Below, one piece after another: positions 25,014 to 36,230 of a stretch of DNA of 64,000 bases. The position numbers and the translations under genes were made by a program. This DNA comes from Mayamaea pseudoterrestris (taxonomy: Eukaryota): positions 744,001 to 808,000 of the forward strand of contig BROI01000001.1 of assembly GCA_027923505.1 (NCBI GenBank), in the 5' to 3' direction. The notes under the pieces were generated by a model that did not search any database, was not told the DNA's origin, and saw only the letters and a list, made by a program, of their open reading frames with translations. Each line of letters opens with the position of its first letter. Position 1 is the first letter of the stretch.

Positions 25014-27093
25014 CTAGTCATCAGTCGAAATGGACACGGATCGAACCTGAGGGCGACCAATACCAATCGAGTCGTTTACCGCTGCAGCAGCACTTTCAGT
25101 AGACATGACAGTATCACCATCCATATCATAATTTTCGCCTTCTTGGGTTTCATCTTCGCCAGAGTCATCTTCATCGCTAGCTGTGTCAGTATCGTCTTGG
25201 CCAAGTCTCCGACGTACAACAATGTCCATGATATCCGACAACCGGACGTGCGGAGCCACGTGTGCCAAGGCATTTGCGTCGTCCGACAAAACTGAACCAC
25301 TAGCCTCGTTCGTAGTGCCCAAAAGGCGGCGCCTTAAACGAGCATTTAACGAACGGTAAGCTTCGCGTTCACGTTCCACTTCGCGCACTCGCGACTCCAG
25401 CTCCCCAATCCTTTCCTGGTGCGACTGATTACGCGCCTGCTCCTCACGCAAGCGCTTCCTCAGCAGTTCCTCCTCCGGAACCGCCTTTTCGAACCAGTCC
25501 CGACGGGTATAAGACAGAATCTCCGTCCAGATAAATGCCGGCAACTTGCTGGCCACGTTCTGGCGCTCGGCTAGCACCATAGGCTGAACTTCCTTCGAGT
25601 GCGAGCACAAGAGAATCTGCGTCGTCGCCTTACGAAAGCTTTCCGGGTACAGTGAGTGACGATCAGGGCTCCAAACTCGGGTCGGCAGCGTCACCGGCAT
25701 ATCCGGAAACTCGGAAAGCGGGAAAAATCGAACGCTGGACACCACTCGCATGGAGAAATCAGCTGATAACGTCGGCGGATGGCCATTAATGCTGCGAGGC
25801 ACTGAAATACCGCCAGAGCCCTTAGCACGTCCAATGCGGTGGACCTTGACAAGCTCGTCTTCAACTGCACGGGAAAAACGTAAGATTGGCGGTTAAGTGA
25901 TAGACTGTTTCGTTTAGCCGCAAAACACAGCATTAAGTATACTCACCAGGACCCACGAAGATGCCACCTGGCTTGAGCAACTCCACCAGCTGGTTCATAC
26001 TTTGCTTCTTAATCGCCGCTCCAACATAAATACGGTCAAACCCGATAGCTCCTTCTCCTTGATCAGAGCTAATACAGAGTCCATTGCCATGGACAACTTC
26101 CATCTGCGCCAAGCCCTTGTCGCCATTGGCGCGCGAGTCGAGCCATTCGTCAACCGCTCGAGTTGAATGAGCAAGAACTTGCGCATCAATATCCACTCCA
26201 AACGTCGTCGACGCCGATCCCAAAATATGCGAGACAATGCAGGACAAGTAGCCCGTGCCTGACCCAATGTTCAAAAAGGTCGTGCAAGAGCTTGGAGTCA
26301 AATCCAAAGCCTCCACAATGGCACCATACATGTGCGGCGCTGAAATGTGAACGTTTCCTTCACGCAGCGGCTGATCAATGTGGGCCAAGTGTCTCGTGTT
26401 CTGCATGAGTAATGGAATGAGATGAAATGTCAGCAAACCTGACATGTCCATTCGAGCTAGCATAACAAATGGCCGCGCGCCACGACCAGCCCATCAACGT
26501 ACCGTTGGAACGAAGAAGCGCCGATCCACTGCACGAAACGCCTCTTCCACCGCGGGAGAAGCAATGACGCCAAAGCCTATACAAAACAGATTAGATTGAG
26601 GTAGATGAGTGAGTCGAGTCACGTTTCGATGGAGCGGGCGTCAGCGCGCGCATCAAGCCTTGGATTCCGTCGGCGTGAACCGAATTTCCATCGGAATCAA
26701 GGCAGCATGACCAAGAATAGGCAGACAATCAGCTTGTGAATGGTGCAGACTTTTAACATAACAATAACTGGATTTGGCTTGTGTAATGAGAGTAAGCGAA
26801 TCTTGCTCGTGGAGTTGAGCATGGTTCAAGTTGGATCCAGAACAAAGCCGGGAAGGCTGTTCCCTTGAAATCGCCAGTGAACAAAAAAACACAATCGAGT
26901 AGATTACAATGATGCAGGGCCGAGTCGACGCTCACTCACTACCAGATACAGACGCCGCAAGTATTCATTCACTTTCACCAAGCGAAGCGCCACATCACGC
27001 CGACGGAACCCGCACACGCTAGCAGGATTCGAACTTACGCTTCAAGTTTGAAACCATTTCATCATTGTTCGAGCCCGAGCTGCGCCACGCCAT
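25014..27093 (-). CDS. Protein-L-isoaspartate O-methyltransferase-domain protein with C-terminal coiled-coil/acidic extension, 4 exons
   Basis: Exons 27093-27039, 26576-26503, 26400-25947 and 25864-25014 splice in frame via GT-AG: MAWRSSGSNNDEMVSNLKRFGVI...AFRAVDR...HISAPHMY...FLNIGSGTGY...FDRIYVGA...LLKPGGIFVGP. Confidence 0.87.
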
Positions 27094-27532
27094 GATGACT
27101 GAATCGATTTGCTGGAATGATAAGAGGATTATAGAGCAATGCCAAGCGCGAGGAGGAGACGATGCAGATTCGTGTGTAGTGTTCGAACCGGATATCCGCG
27201 TTTTTGCGAGTGGAAGTTGATGCCGCGTCCTTCGAATGAGCGCTCGAACCAAATTCTATACTCCCTGGCGTGTAGCAATCTGCGTGTCACCTCTTTTTAC
27301 CGGTTGATTGCTCGCGATAGCGAACGCCATCTTTCAGCGATGCCTTGGCGCGCGAGCTCTATACCAGTGCGACGCGACGAGGGGTCAACTTGCTGACGTC
27401 AGCGATGAACGAAGCGCGGCGCGCGGCAGCAGGCCATCTCCAAGCTTCGCAGCACGACAAGCGACGAAACACTTGCCTTTAATATATTGTAGCAGACGAC
27501 CGGATTCTGTGGATATTAATAATACAAGCACC

Positions 27533-30345
27533 ATGAGCAGCATGCTCCGGCCACCGCACGCGGGTCAGCGTCGGTTCCATGTACGTGATAGCGTAGCAAT
27601 GGCACGAGCCACCATTCGTTGTTCCATCGACTCACCGCCTGCATGCCCATGTATATTTTCTGTCGTGATGACATTGTATGTAGGACTATCCAAAATTACG
27701 AGACTTGTATCAGCAGCGTCTCTACTCGTCGTCTCTCCTATCTCTGCCAAAGGGTCTTGCGTCAAGGAATGTTTACTCTAGCCTTGCTCCAAGCAACATG
27801 TTCTCCATCCATTACCATCAGACACGAAGCCTTCACAATCCCTTCTCCAAGGCACTAAAGGACATGCAGCTGAAGCGACTCGAGAAGGAAGCCATTCAAA
27901 ATCCAACTGACGTATCGGCGCAGAGTCGATTCTTGACGGAGCTAGCCCAAGCTTATCCACAAGCGTTCATGTCGCAGGTTGGAAGCAAGGCGAATGCTCA
28001 GTTTGCGCTAGACGCGTCTACCGCAGCCTTGTACTTGCAAATGCTCCAGCAGACGAATCAAGTGAATCAGCTGGATGTTGATTTAATGCTGTCACGCTTG
28101 GAGAATACGGCGAGTCATGGTGGTTTGGGAATGCTGTCGCCCGATGTAATTCATGACTTTCGCAAGGAACTTGCCGCGCAGAAAATGTCCAAAAAGGAGC
28201 AACTGAGTGCGATTATGAACTTTTTGGCGAGTAGTGGTGGAGCTAGTATGACGACTGGCATGCTGGGAGCTGCGGGTGGTGCCAACGCGAGTCGCATGAT
28301 GATGGGTAGTTCCTTTGGTGGTGGAGCGATGGGTGGTCCAATGCTTGGACTCGACCCGAAGCGACCATTGCAGGTGCAAGTGGTACCAGCGGGCGCGGCT
28401 GGTATTCGAGGAGCGGTGATTGGTTTTGTGGCCAAGGCTGCCTTGCTTCTCGTGGCGTTTTCGGCAGTGGGTGCCTTGCTCGACGAGCGCGGATTGGGAC
28501 GAGGCATGGGTCTCAATAGCAACTCGAAGCATGTTCAGGAAGCTGAACACGAAGGCCGTAAGGTTAAGTTTGATGATGTCAAGGGAGTGGCTGAAGCCAA
28601 GGCGGAACTTGAAGAGATTGTTATGTATTTGAAGGATCCAAGTCGTTTCACGCGATTGGGTGGGCGTTTGCCGCGAGGAGTACTTCTGACTGGTCCTCCG
28701 GGAACAGGAAAGACCCTTCTGGCCAAGGCGATTGCAGGCGAGGCTGATGTCCCCTTCTTTTACGCAAGTGGATCTCAATTTGAGGAAGTCTACGTTGGTT
28801 TGGGAGCCAAGCGAGTACGCGAGCTGTTTGGTGAGTTTGACATATCGCTTAAAAAAATTATCTAGGTCGCCATAATCTTGCTCACCCTATTGCATACCCT
28901 TCAAAACTCGCTTACCCATGTTACCGTCTTCAGAGGCCGCAAAGAAGAAGGGCGGGGCTGCCATTATCTTTATAGACGAACTCGATGCCGTAGGTGGAAC
29001 ACGCAAGCTTAAGGATCAATCAGCTCTGAAAATGACACTCAACGAGCTTCTTGTACAGATGGATGGGTTTAATGAGAATAATGGCATCATTGTGATTGGC
29101 GCAACGAACTTTATGGAAAGCCTTGACGATGCCTTGCTTCGGCCTGGACGATTTGACAAGCATGTGTCTGTTCCATTGCCGGATGTTGGCGGGCGCAAAG
29201 AAATTCTCGAACTGTATTGCAAAAAGACAAAGCTCGACAAGAGCGTCGACATTAACGTACTTGCCCGGGGAACGACTGGTTTCAGTGGAGCAGACCTGTT
29301 CAACCTGATCAATCAAGCGGCTCTCAAGGTATGATGTCGTGTGTGTAACCCCGCTTGAGTGTAGCGTTGCCTCTTACTCACAATCTGCATTTCATTGCAT
29401 CAGGCCTCGGTTGACGGATTGAATTGTCTTACAATGGAGGTCTTGGAATACGCAAAAGACAAGATCATCATGGGTGCTGAACGAAAGAGTGCCGTTATTA
29501 CTCCCGAGACTGCCAAGTGCACTGCGTATCATGAAGCAGGGTACGTGCGTGGCGAGTGTGTAATAGAACGTGCATGCTCTGAACTCTGACACTTTTGTGT
29601 TTTGCGGCTTTTTCAAAGGCATGCACTTGTCGCCGTCATGACGGAAGGAGCCCAACCAATTCACAAAGCGACGATCATGCCACGAGGACAAGCACTTGGC
29701 ATGGTCACAACCCTGCCGGATGGTGATCAGACGAGCCAGTCAAAGAAGCAAATGATTGCGTTCATGGATATGGCCATGGGTGGTCGTGTTGCTGAGGAGC
29801 TTGTGTTTGGTAGCGACAATATCACCAGTGGTGCCATGAGCGACATTCAAAGCGCCACGCGGGTGGCGCGGAACATGGTGAGTAATGTCATTGTTTGTCC
29901 AATACACTTCGATATCAAATATTGTTCGTCCTCTCACGTCATCCACAAACTTTTACTATAGGTAACAAAGTGCGGTTATTCTGATGCAGTGGGCGTTGTC
30001 TTTCATGGTGGTGCTGCAGGCGAAGAGAGCGCGTCGGAACACACGCGAGACTTGATTGACGCCGAAGTCAAGCGATTGACGGACGCGGCCTACAAGCGCG
30101 CCAAGGAGATATTGCAGAAGCATAGCAAGGAGCACCAACTACTGGCGGAGACGCTGCTGGAGTATGAAACACTGACTGGCGACGAGGTTCGTGACGTTGT
30201 ATTGAAGCGACAAAAGCCCAAGCGACCAGTCATTAACAAGGAGCAAGGTCAGCGGGGCGACCAAGGCGTCATTGGAGGCAAGAAAGGTGCGCCTGTCAAG
30301 CCCAAGACGCGGATTCCTGGTATGAGCATGGACCGAGGCGAGTAG
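27533..30345 (+). CDS. FtsH/YME1-like ATP-dependent zinc metalloprotease (mitochondrial i-AAA type), multi-exon
   Basis: Walker A GPPGTGKT, Walker [26 protein letters not shown] zinc motif split by an intron, GGRVAEE, GAMSDI. The start exon at 27533 is inferred. Confidence 0.92.
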
Positions 30346-30556
30346 TTGCATTTTAGCTTGTGCCAAAGTTGTTAGCGGCACTTCACAATCGATGTACATA
30401 CATCATATCTTGTCACGCATTTTCAGCTGTACGCAATAAAATAGCAAAACTGATGGCACATCGCCTACTTACAACTTCTTCTACATTTGTGTAATTAGCA
30501 AAAAGTAGTTCACTATCTACAGCGCGAGTTGCATCCTCCCATACGAACTACTCGCC

Positions 30557-31187
30557 TTACGCCGACCCAGCTTTTACTCCATTGATCGCCAATACCTTGA
30601 CATTAAAATCCAAGTCCGCATTCGGTGGAATAGGCCCAATACCTCGCGCTCCATATCCATAGTCGCTCGTAATGTGCAATACAGCCTCCTCTCCAAGGCT
30701 CATGGTCATGACACCTTCATCCCATCCCTTGATCACCTGTCCAATGCCAATGGTGAATTGAAAGGGACGCCCCTTGCGGTGACTCGAGTCAAACTCTTCT
30801 CCATTGGATTGGAGCGTGCCGCTGTAAATAGGTTGTGTTTTCGAAGCAGATGGTGAGAACTATATGACAAAAACTGATCAGAGACAAAAAACTCGCAACC
30901 CAGCGCAGTGGCCAGCCAATTTACTAATAACTCACGTGTAATGCATAGTCAGACGATCTCCCTCTTTTGGATACGTCTGAAATTAGCAGAAAGAGCACAA
31001 CATAGTGAGCAAAGGACGATCTGGATCGGCACTTGCATTGTGAGGGCGAGGAGAAATTGAATTCCAAATCAGTTTCTTGCTCGCTCAACATGCCCACATG
31101 CTATTGTATCCCTATACCGGTACAAGTCCATCCGTTTAAACTCACTTTGTTGTCACCTGGTGCAGTGATTTCCTTGGTGACTCCCAT
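30557..31187 (-). CDS. FKBP12-like peptidyl-prolyl isomerase, 3 exons (not in the ORF track)
   Basis: MGVTKEITAPGDNK|TYPKEGDRLTMHYT|GTLQSNGEEFDSSHRKGRPFQFTIGIGQVIKGWDEGV...DYGYGARG...IPPNADLDF. Introns start with GTGAGT. Confidence 0.9.
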
Positions 31188-31681
31188 GCTGATGGCTGAT
31201 TAAGGACTGATTGTTGTTGGGCACGGCGAGATATTATACTTCGAGTGGCCTTGTACTTAGCGCAAGTCAACGATTCCTTCCACAACGAAATTGAGTGAGT
31301 ATGAAACGATAATGAATGATCCCGCAAGCCGTGCGTTGGTGTTTGACGGATTTGCCAGCGGCCACTCGCGTGAGCCGCAAGATCCAAGCGTGTCGCACCG
31401 ATTCTCGCTGTCCGCGCCGTCGCGCCAAGACGAAACCACATCATACATCATGGTTCCAAAACTAAGCTGCCCAGCAAGTTTACCTCCGTGAACATGCTAA
31501 ATATTCCGACAATCATCGTGAAGACAAAGGAGTACACTATGGTTCGCGATACGAGGCTGTTAGATTTATTACCGATTGCAAAGGACTGAGGGCCAAGATG
31601 CTAAGAAAGATTACAAGAATAAATCTCAAAAGCGCGTAGCTTTGCAGCCTCTGATGTCCTTCGACTCCATAATTTCAGATT

Positions 31682-32451
31682 CTACGAGATTATACAGCAT
31701 CCGCCGCCTTCTTTTGGAATGTTTGCCTTCTTGTCACCAATCTGCAGGAGCTCGACCACAAATTCCAAATCGGCATTGCCTGGAATAACTCCGCCACCGG
31801 CTCCTTCGGCTCCATACCCGTAGTCGCTTGTAATATGCAAAGTTGATTTTTCGCCAAGACTCATCGTCATGACTCCTTCGTCCCAGCCCTTGATTACTTC
31901 TCCTTTGCCAATCTTGAAGCTGAAGGGTACACCTCGATCATACGACGAATCAAATTTCTTGCCGCCTTCCTTCAGCGTGCCAGTGTAGTGCATTGATAGC
32001 TTGTTCCCTTTCTGCCATGCATTGATAAAAGGTGATTATAAAAGTTAGAGGTCGGTAGTTCATGTTTTGTTAGTCCAGATGCAGCTGGCAAGCGACCTGC
32101 CGATAGCCGATAGCCGCGACGGTCCCTCATTGACCAGATGCCGTACCTTGGGAAAAGTTTCGCCATCGCCAGCGCGAATTTCAGTCTGTGATATCGAAAG
32201 TAAATTATTTGTAATGTGAGTAGTCGCGAGTTCACGGCAAGATGTTCCAGCCACCACTATTTAGATTCTTGGACCTTGTTGGTTGGACTATTGCTGCATT
32301 GCTGCATTGCTGCTATTGCCGACGCCGGCGTTTACACCACAAGCACATACGATAGTGCAGTGCCTCGCAAAATCATTTTAGAAGATGCTGCTGCTCTCAA
32401 TCATCTCGCATAGACTCTGTTCAAAGTGCAATGTACCTTGGTCACGCCCAT
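31682..32451 (-). CDS. FKBP12-like peptidyl-prolyl isomerase with C-terminal CaaX-like tail, 3 exons
   Basis: MGVTK|TEIRAGDGETFPK|KGNKLSMHYTGTL...FDSSYDRG...VIKGWDEGV...GGGCCIIS*. Confidence 0.9.
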
Positions 32452-32674
32452 GGTGATTCTCTCGTCGTTTTGTGACGACGGAACGATTTCTCGCTTCGAA
32501 TTTGGGTCATTTCTGATTATTATTGCCCCTCATCTATGACCAAAAGAAGCACAATCACCTAAGTTTACTCAAACATGTTAGCTATGCGTTTACTCTTCTT
32601 TTTATCTAATGTATTCGCCTCGTCTGACTTTTGCATTAAGAGCCGATAACACAGCATAGCCATGGTATATTATT

Positions 32675-34036
32675 CTATTTATTGTCTCTTGTCTCGATGT
32701 GTTGAATCACAAGCTGTCGATCTCGTTCCGTGGCTTCTCGCAACTTTAGTAAGCAAAACACGCGAGGCCTGTGAATGTTTGGATCATAGTGCGAATCAGG
32801 CTGCTGCAGGAATTGCTCATGCAAGTTGTCCAGAGTGGCATAAGTTTGTTCCTGCAGTGCAAGCAGGGGGTTGGGTACATTTGACTGGTCATTCACAAAT
32901 TCCACCACGTTACAAAACCTGTCCCAAGACTGCCCTCGATTTGGCTGACACATCCAAAAGATTCCTCCAACCTTTGTGCACTGTACCAAGGTCCAAAGTA
33001 GCGCCCCGTGATACTCCTGAAAATGCGTGCAGTCCGAAACCAGTGTCCAGTCTGCCGCCGGAGGTCGCGACGAGTCAGGCATGTCCATTGTCCAAAGCAG
33101 CTGCATGGCATGGATTCGAGTATTTCTCTCATTGTTGTTGAGCCTCCAGAGTAGCGCATTGACTTGATTGTTGCGGACGCAGTCAATGTGCCCATCCGTC
33201 AAGTACAAATCTTCAATGTGACTCGACACAGTTGCGCACGTCAAGGCTGCCAAACCAGCCATTCCAACACCCAGTTCCGTCACGATTTTTACGTTCATCA
33301 TGCGATCCTGCTCCTGTAGCATCACCCAGGCAAGGGTCTTTTCCGCGTCCCAGACGCAAACATTGCCAGTATTGTCAATGCCGTCGTGAAACTGGTGGCT
33401 GGCAAGTTCCGTCAATGAAAGTTTCGATGCTCGTCTTCGACTCTTTTGTCGCACCAGAATGGATTGATGCGTATTGGGAAGCAGATACTCCATGATAGCG
33501 TGTGATGATGATACTTCCAACTCGGAGCGATCGACATTGATGCGCAACAGTTGTCTGTTACCATTGGTACCAGCGACCGTGATCCATTCCAAACCAAGTT
33601 TCACTAAAAGTCGACTGCTGAGTGCTGCCTGCAGCGAAACGAGACTAGATTCGTCAAATTGATGATGCGAACAATTGCTGAGCGTAAAGTCAAACGAGAC
33701 TGTGATGCTTGGTTCTTTGCCAGGGGTTTCTTCTAATAAAGCAAGTCGAACGAGGAGGGCAGACTTGATCTGCTCCGTCCAAATTTTCCAATCGCTCGCG
33801 TCTACGACGGAAAATTTTTCGACCAAGACATCTCTTGACTCTTGAGCTAATTTCTGTGCTTGAATCAAGCTGTAACCAGGAAATCGATGAATGCTGTGCG
33901 AATCGTTAGCATGCTCATTGTGGTGCGCTTGATCTTCCGCCTGCTGCCGCTGTTTGGAGGAAAGCAGAGCATCTCGTAGCAGATTCCAACGACCATGCGC
34001 TCGCGCTCGACTCTCGTGTGTAGATTTTGTCGTCAT
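32675..34036 (-). CDS. Calmodulin-lysine N-methyltransferase-like protein (Methyltransf_16)
   Basis: RWNLLRDAL near the N-terminus, DNTGNVCVWDAE, ELGVGMAGLA, LTDGH, VSDCTHF, HYDPNIH. The start at the ATG at 34036 is inferred. Confidence 0.8.
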   Translation of the reverse strand: MTTKSTHESRARAHGRWNLLRDALLSSKQRQQAEDQAHHNEHANDSHSIHRFPGYSLIQAQKLAQESRDVLVEKFSVVDASDWKIWTEQIKSALLVRLALLEETPGKEPSITVSFDFTLSNCSHHQFDESSLVSLQAALSSRLLVKLGLEWITVAGTNGNRQLLRINVDRSELEVSSSHAIMEYLLPNTHQSILVRQKSRRRASKLSLTELASHQFHDGIDNTGNVCVWDAEKTLAWVMLQEQDRMMNVKIVTELGVGMAGLAALTCATVSSHIEDLYLTDGHIDCVRNNQVNALLWRLNNNERNTRIHAMQLLWTMDMPDSSRPPAADWTLVSDCTHFQEYHGALLWTLVQCTKVGGIFWMCQPNRGQSWDRFCNVVEFVNDQSNVPNPLLALQEQTYATLDNLHEQFLQQPDSHYDPNIHRPRVFCLLKLREATERDRQLVIQHIETRDNK

Positions 34037-34261
34037 ACTGTCTTGAGTAAGATGAAGAGTTAGAACGTTGAATGTGGTTCGTCGGCAATCGCCATGGTGA
34101 CGACGACGCACTCATCGCGCTTATCGCATCGGTTCTGAAATCAGAACCTTTCCGACAGCCAGCTATTTCTATTCGGCACGATTTGACGTTGTGTACGAGG
34201 AGGTATCATATTATTTGCAGCAAAGTTAATGTGCATGAACTCATGTATATGTTAAAATGAA

Positions 34262-35737
34262 CTAATCATGTAAAGAAATAGAAGCATCGCCAAGCTCTGC
34301 TTGTTTGCGTTTCTTCCCTACAACCTTCAAAGTTCCAACTTTACAAGCCATTGGATTCTCGCGCAGATGGGTAAACAAACAATTCAACTCGTCGCCAACT
34401 TTAGCAAGCACCTGAATGGCTTGTGACTGATTCAAAGGATCAGTAGCCATATATCCTCGGCCCGCACGATTCAGTCGGGCTAGTGCCTGAATCTGGTCCG
34501 TCGCGACGTACATTGGCCCAAGCACAACTCGTTTCAACGAGAAGTTTGCCTCCATCGCACCACGCACCAAGGGATACATCAAATGCGTTGATTCCGTCAG
34601 GTCTACTGATTTTCGGTACGTGACTTGAATCACTTCGAGCAGCGGACAGCCTGAGATGCAATCCGCCAAAGCGCGATCAAGGAGGGGAGAATATGACGAC
34701 ACATCCAGCTTTACGAAATTTATCCGCGGGCAATTGTTTAAAGCGCGAGCAATGTCAGCCATTGCGCCATCAATAGCGTTGGTATCTTCGCCCACATAAT
34801 TGCTGCGTAAAGGGTCGCAGACGAGTTTCTCCAGTCGCTCCATAGATTGCATTCCTCTTGAAAGAGCGGCCACAAAAGTAGCCACGTCTCCATTTTGAAA
34901 TAAACCATTGGATATTATGAGTTCCTTCAAATGAGAGCTCGCCATCGCGGTCGCGAGTGTTGTTGCGTCTCCGGCAATAAAATAATCAATTTCAAAGGCC
35001 TTGATTCTAGCCCTCACAATTCCTGCACAAAGTATAGTGTGAGACTCTTCAGTAAAGAAAATGCAGTGTAGCCTTAGCCGGAGTTTTGGTTTGTTATCGA
35101 CGAGCATGTTTGCAATAGCTTGGGCGATTTCTGGGTTCAACCGATCATCCCCCATTGAGGTCACACTCACGCTGCCAAGCGACGGCAAAGTTTGAAGCAC
35201 TGGAAGAAGCGTAGGTAATTGTTCAAGAGGAACCTTCAAAACAATGCACTCGAGAACACGGTGATCACGAAGGCAATCTTCAAGCATAAACGCTGCGTAA
35301 GGCGACATAAGCTCCAGCGAAGTATTTTGTGGTAGGCACCTGAGCGCACAGCCGTGCAATGATTTCCAAGTGACATAGCGAAAAACGGCTTTCTTCAAGG
35401 TCGAAATCGTCCCAAGTGTCTCGAACAAAGAGCGATAAACTGTAAATCGTCGCACTTCTTCTCGCGTTCGTGGATTTGCCTTTAAACGAGAGGAAGTTTC
35501 ATCAAGAACCAAACCCGTTATGGGTATCTTCTTTAGCGCAGCGAGAATTCGATTCATCCGATCGTTATCCAGTTCCAGGTACCAATCCACAGAATAATCG
35601 TCTATCTCTAGTGAGATCTCTTGGTTCGGAGGCGGCGTCTGACTCACAGTACTGGCGCTTTGGAGTATGCTCAGAAATATGTCGCAACTTACTCCTGCTT
35701 GCCAATCAATCCACTCAAGCCGTATGTGTCTAGACAT
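34262..35737 (-). CDS. Diatom-type degenerate LRR/RNI-like hypothetical protein
   Basis: 491-aa intronless ORF with a C-terminal LARLNRAGR...LNCLFTHLRENP motif that also occurs in 52158-53405. Confidence 0.7.
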   Translation of the reverse strand: MSRHIRLEWIDWQAGVSCDIFLSILQSASTVSQTPPPNQEISLEIDDYSVDWYLELDNDRMNRILAALKKIPITGLVLDETSSRLKANPRTREEVRRFTVYRSLFETLGTISTLKKAVFRYVTWKSLHGCALRCLPQNTSLELMSPYAAFMLEDCLRDHRVLECIVLKVPLEQLPTLLPVLQTLPSLGSVSVTSMGDDRLNPEIAQAIANMLVDNKPKLRLRLHCIFFTEESHTILCAGIVRARIKAFEIDYFIAGDATTLATAMASSHLKELIISNGLFQNGDVATFVAALSRGMQSMERLEKLVCDPLRSNYVGEDTNAIDGAMADIARALNNCPRINFVKLDVSSYSPLLDRALADCISGCPLLEVIQVTYRKSVDLTESTHLMYPLVRGAMEANFSLKRVVLGPMYVATDQIQALARLNRAGRGYMATDPLNQSQAIQVLAKVGDELNCLFTHLRENPMACKVGTLKVVGKKRKQAELGDASISLHD

Positions 35738-36230
35738 TTTCGATCCAAATGAATATTAGAAAATCTGGAAACAGTGAGAGTTTCACAAAGTACGCGTCGC
35801 GAGTGGCAGCGAACTTTTACTACTACCGGTATAATGTGTTCCGCCTGTTTGCTAGCTGTGGCAGAAAGCTCTGCTGACTGATGACCTAAAGCGGTGTCTC
35901 CGTCCTTGCTATACAAAAATACTCGCGGTTCACGTCTTTCGAAATAATTCGGTTGACAGTGAACTGCTTCAATGATCCTTTACTTTATGAATGCAATGGA
36001 GCAACACAGCAACGGCTTTTATGGTCCTCTGCCACATGCCACATGGTGTTATCTTCGCCAGCCCGCTGTGAGCTTTTCCGGTGAATCGAGTACCGATACG
36101 ATGTATACTAACCCATTTACCGCCTATGGTAAAGCGTCAAGAGAGCCACGCCCGTAATCTAAACAACCCTATTACTGTAACATTCCAATTGCTGATATGT
36201 ATCATTAATGCGTGCGTCAAGCTCAAATAC

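Noticed and set aside
32187..32436. snoRNA in the longer FKBP introns
   Set aside because: I saw no convincing box C/D pair with a terminal stem or rRNA antisense element.
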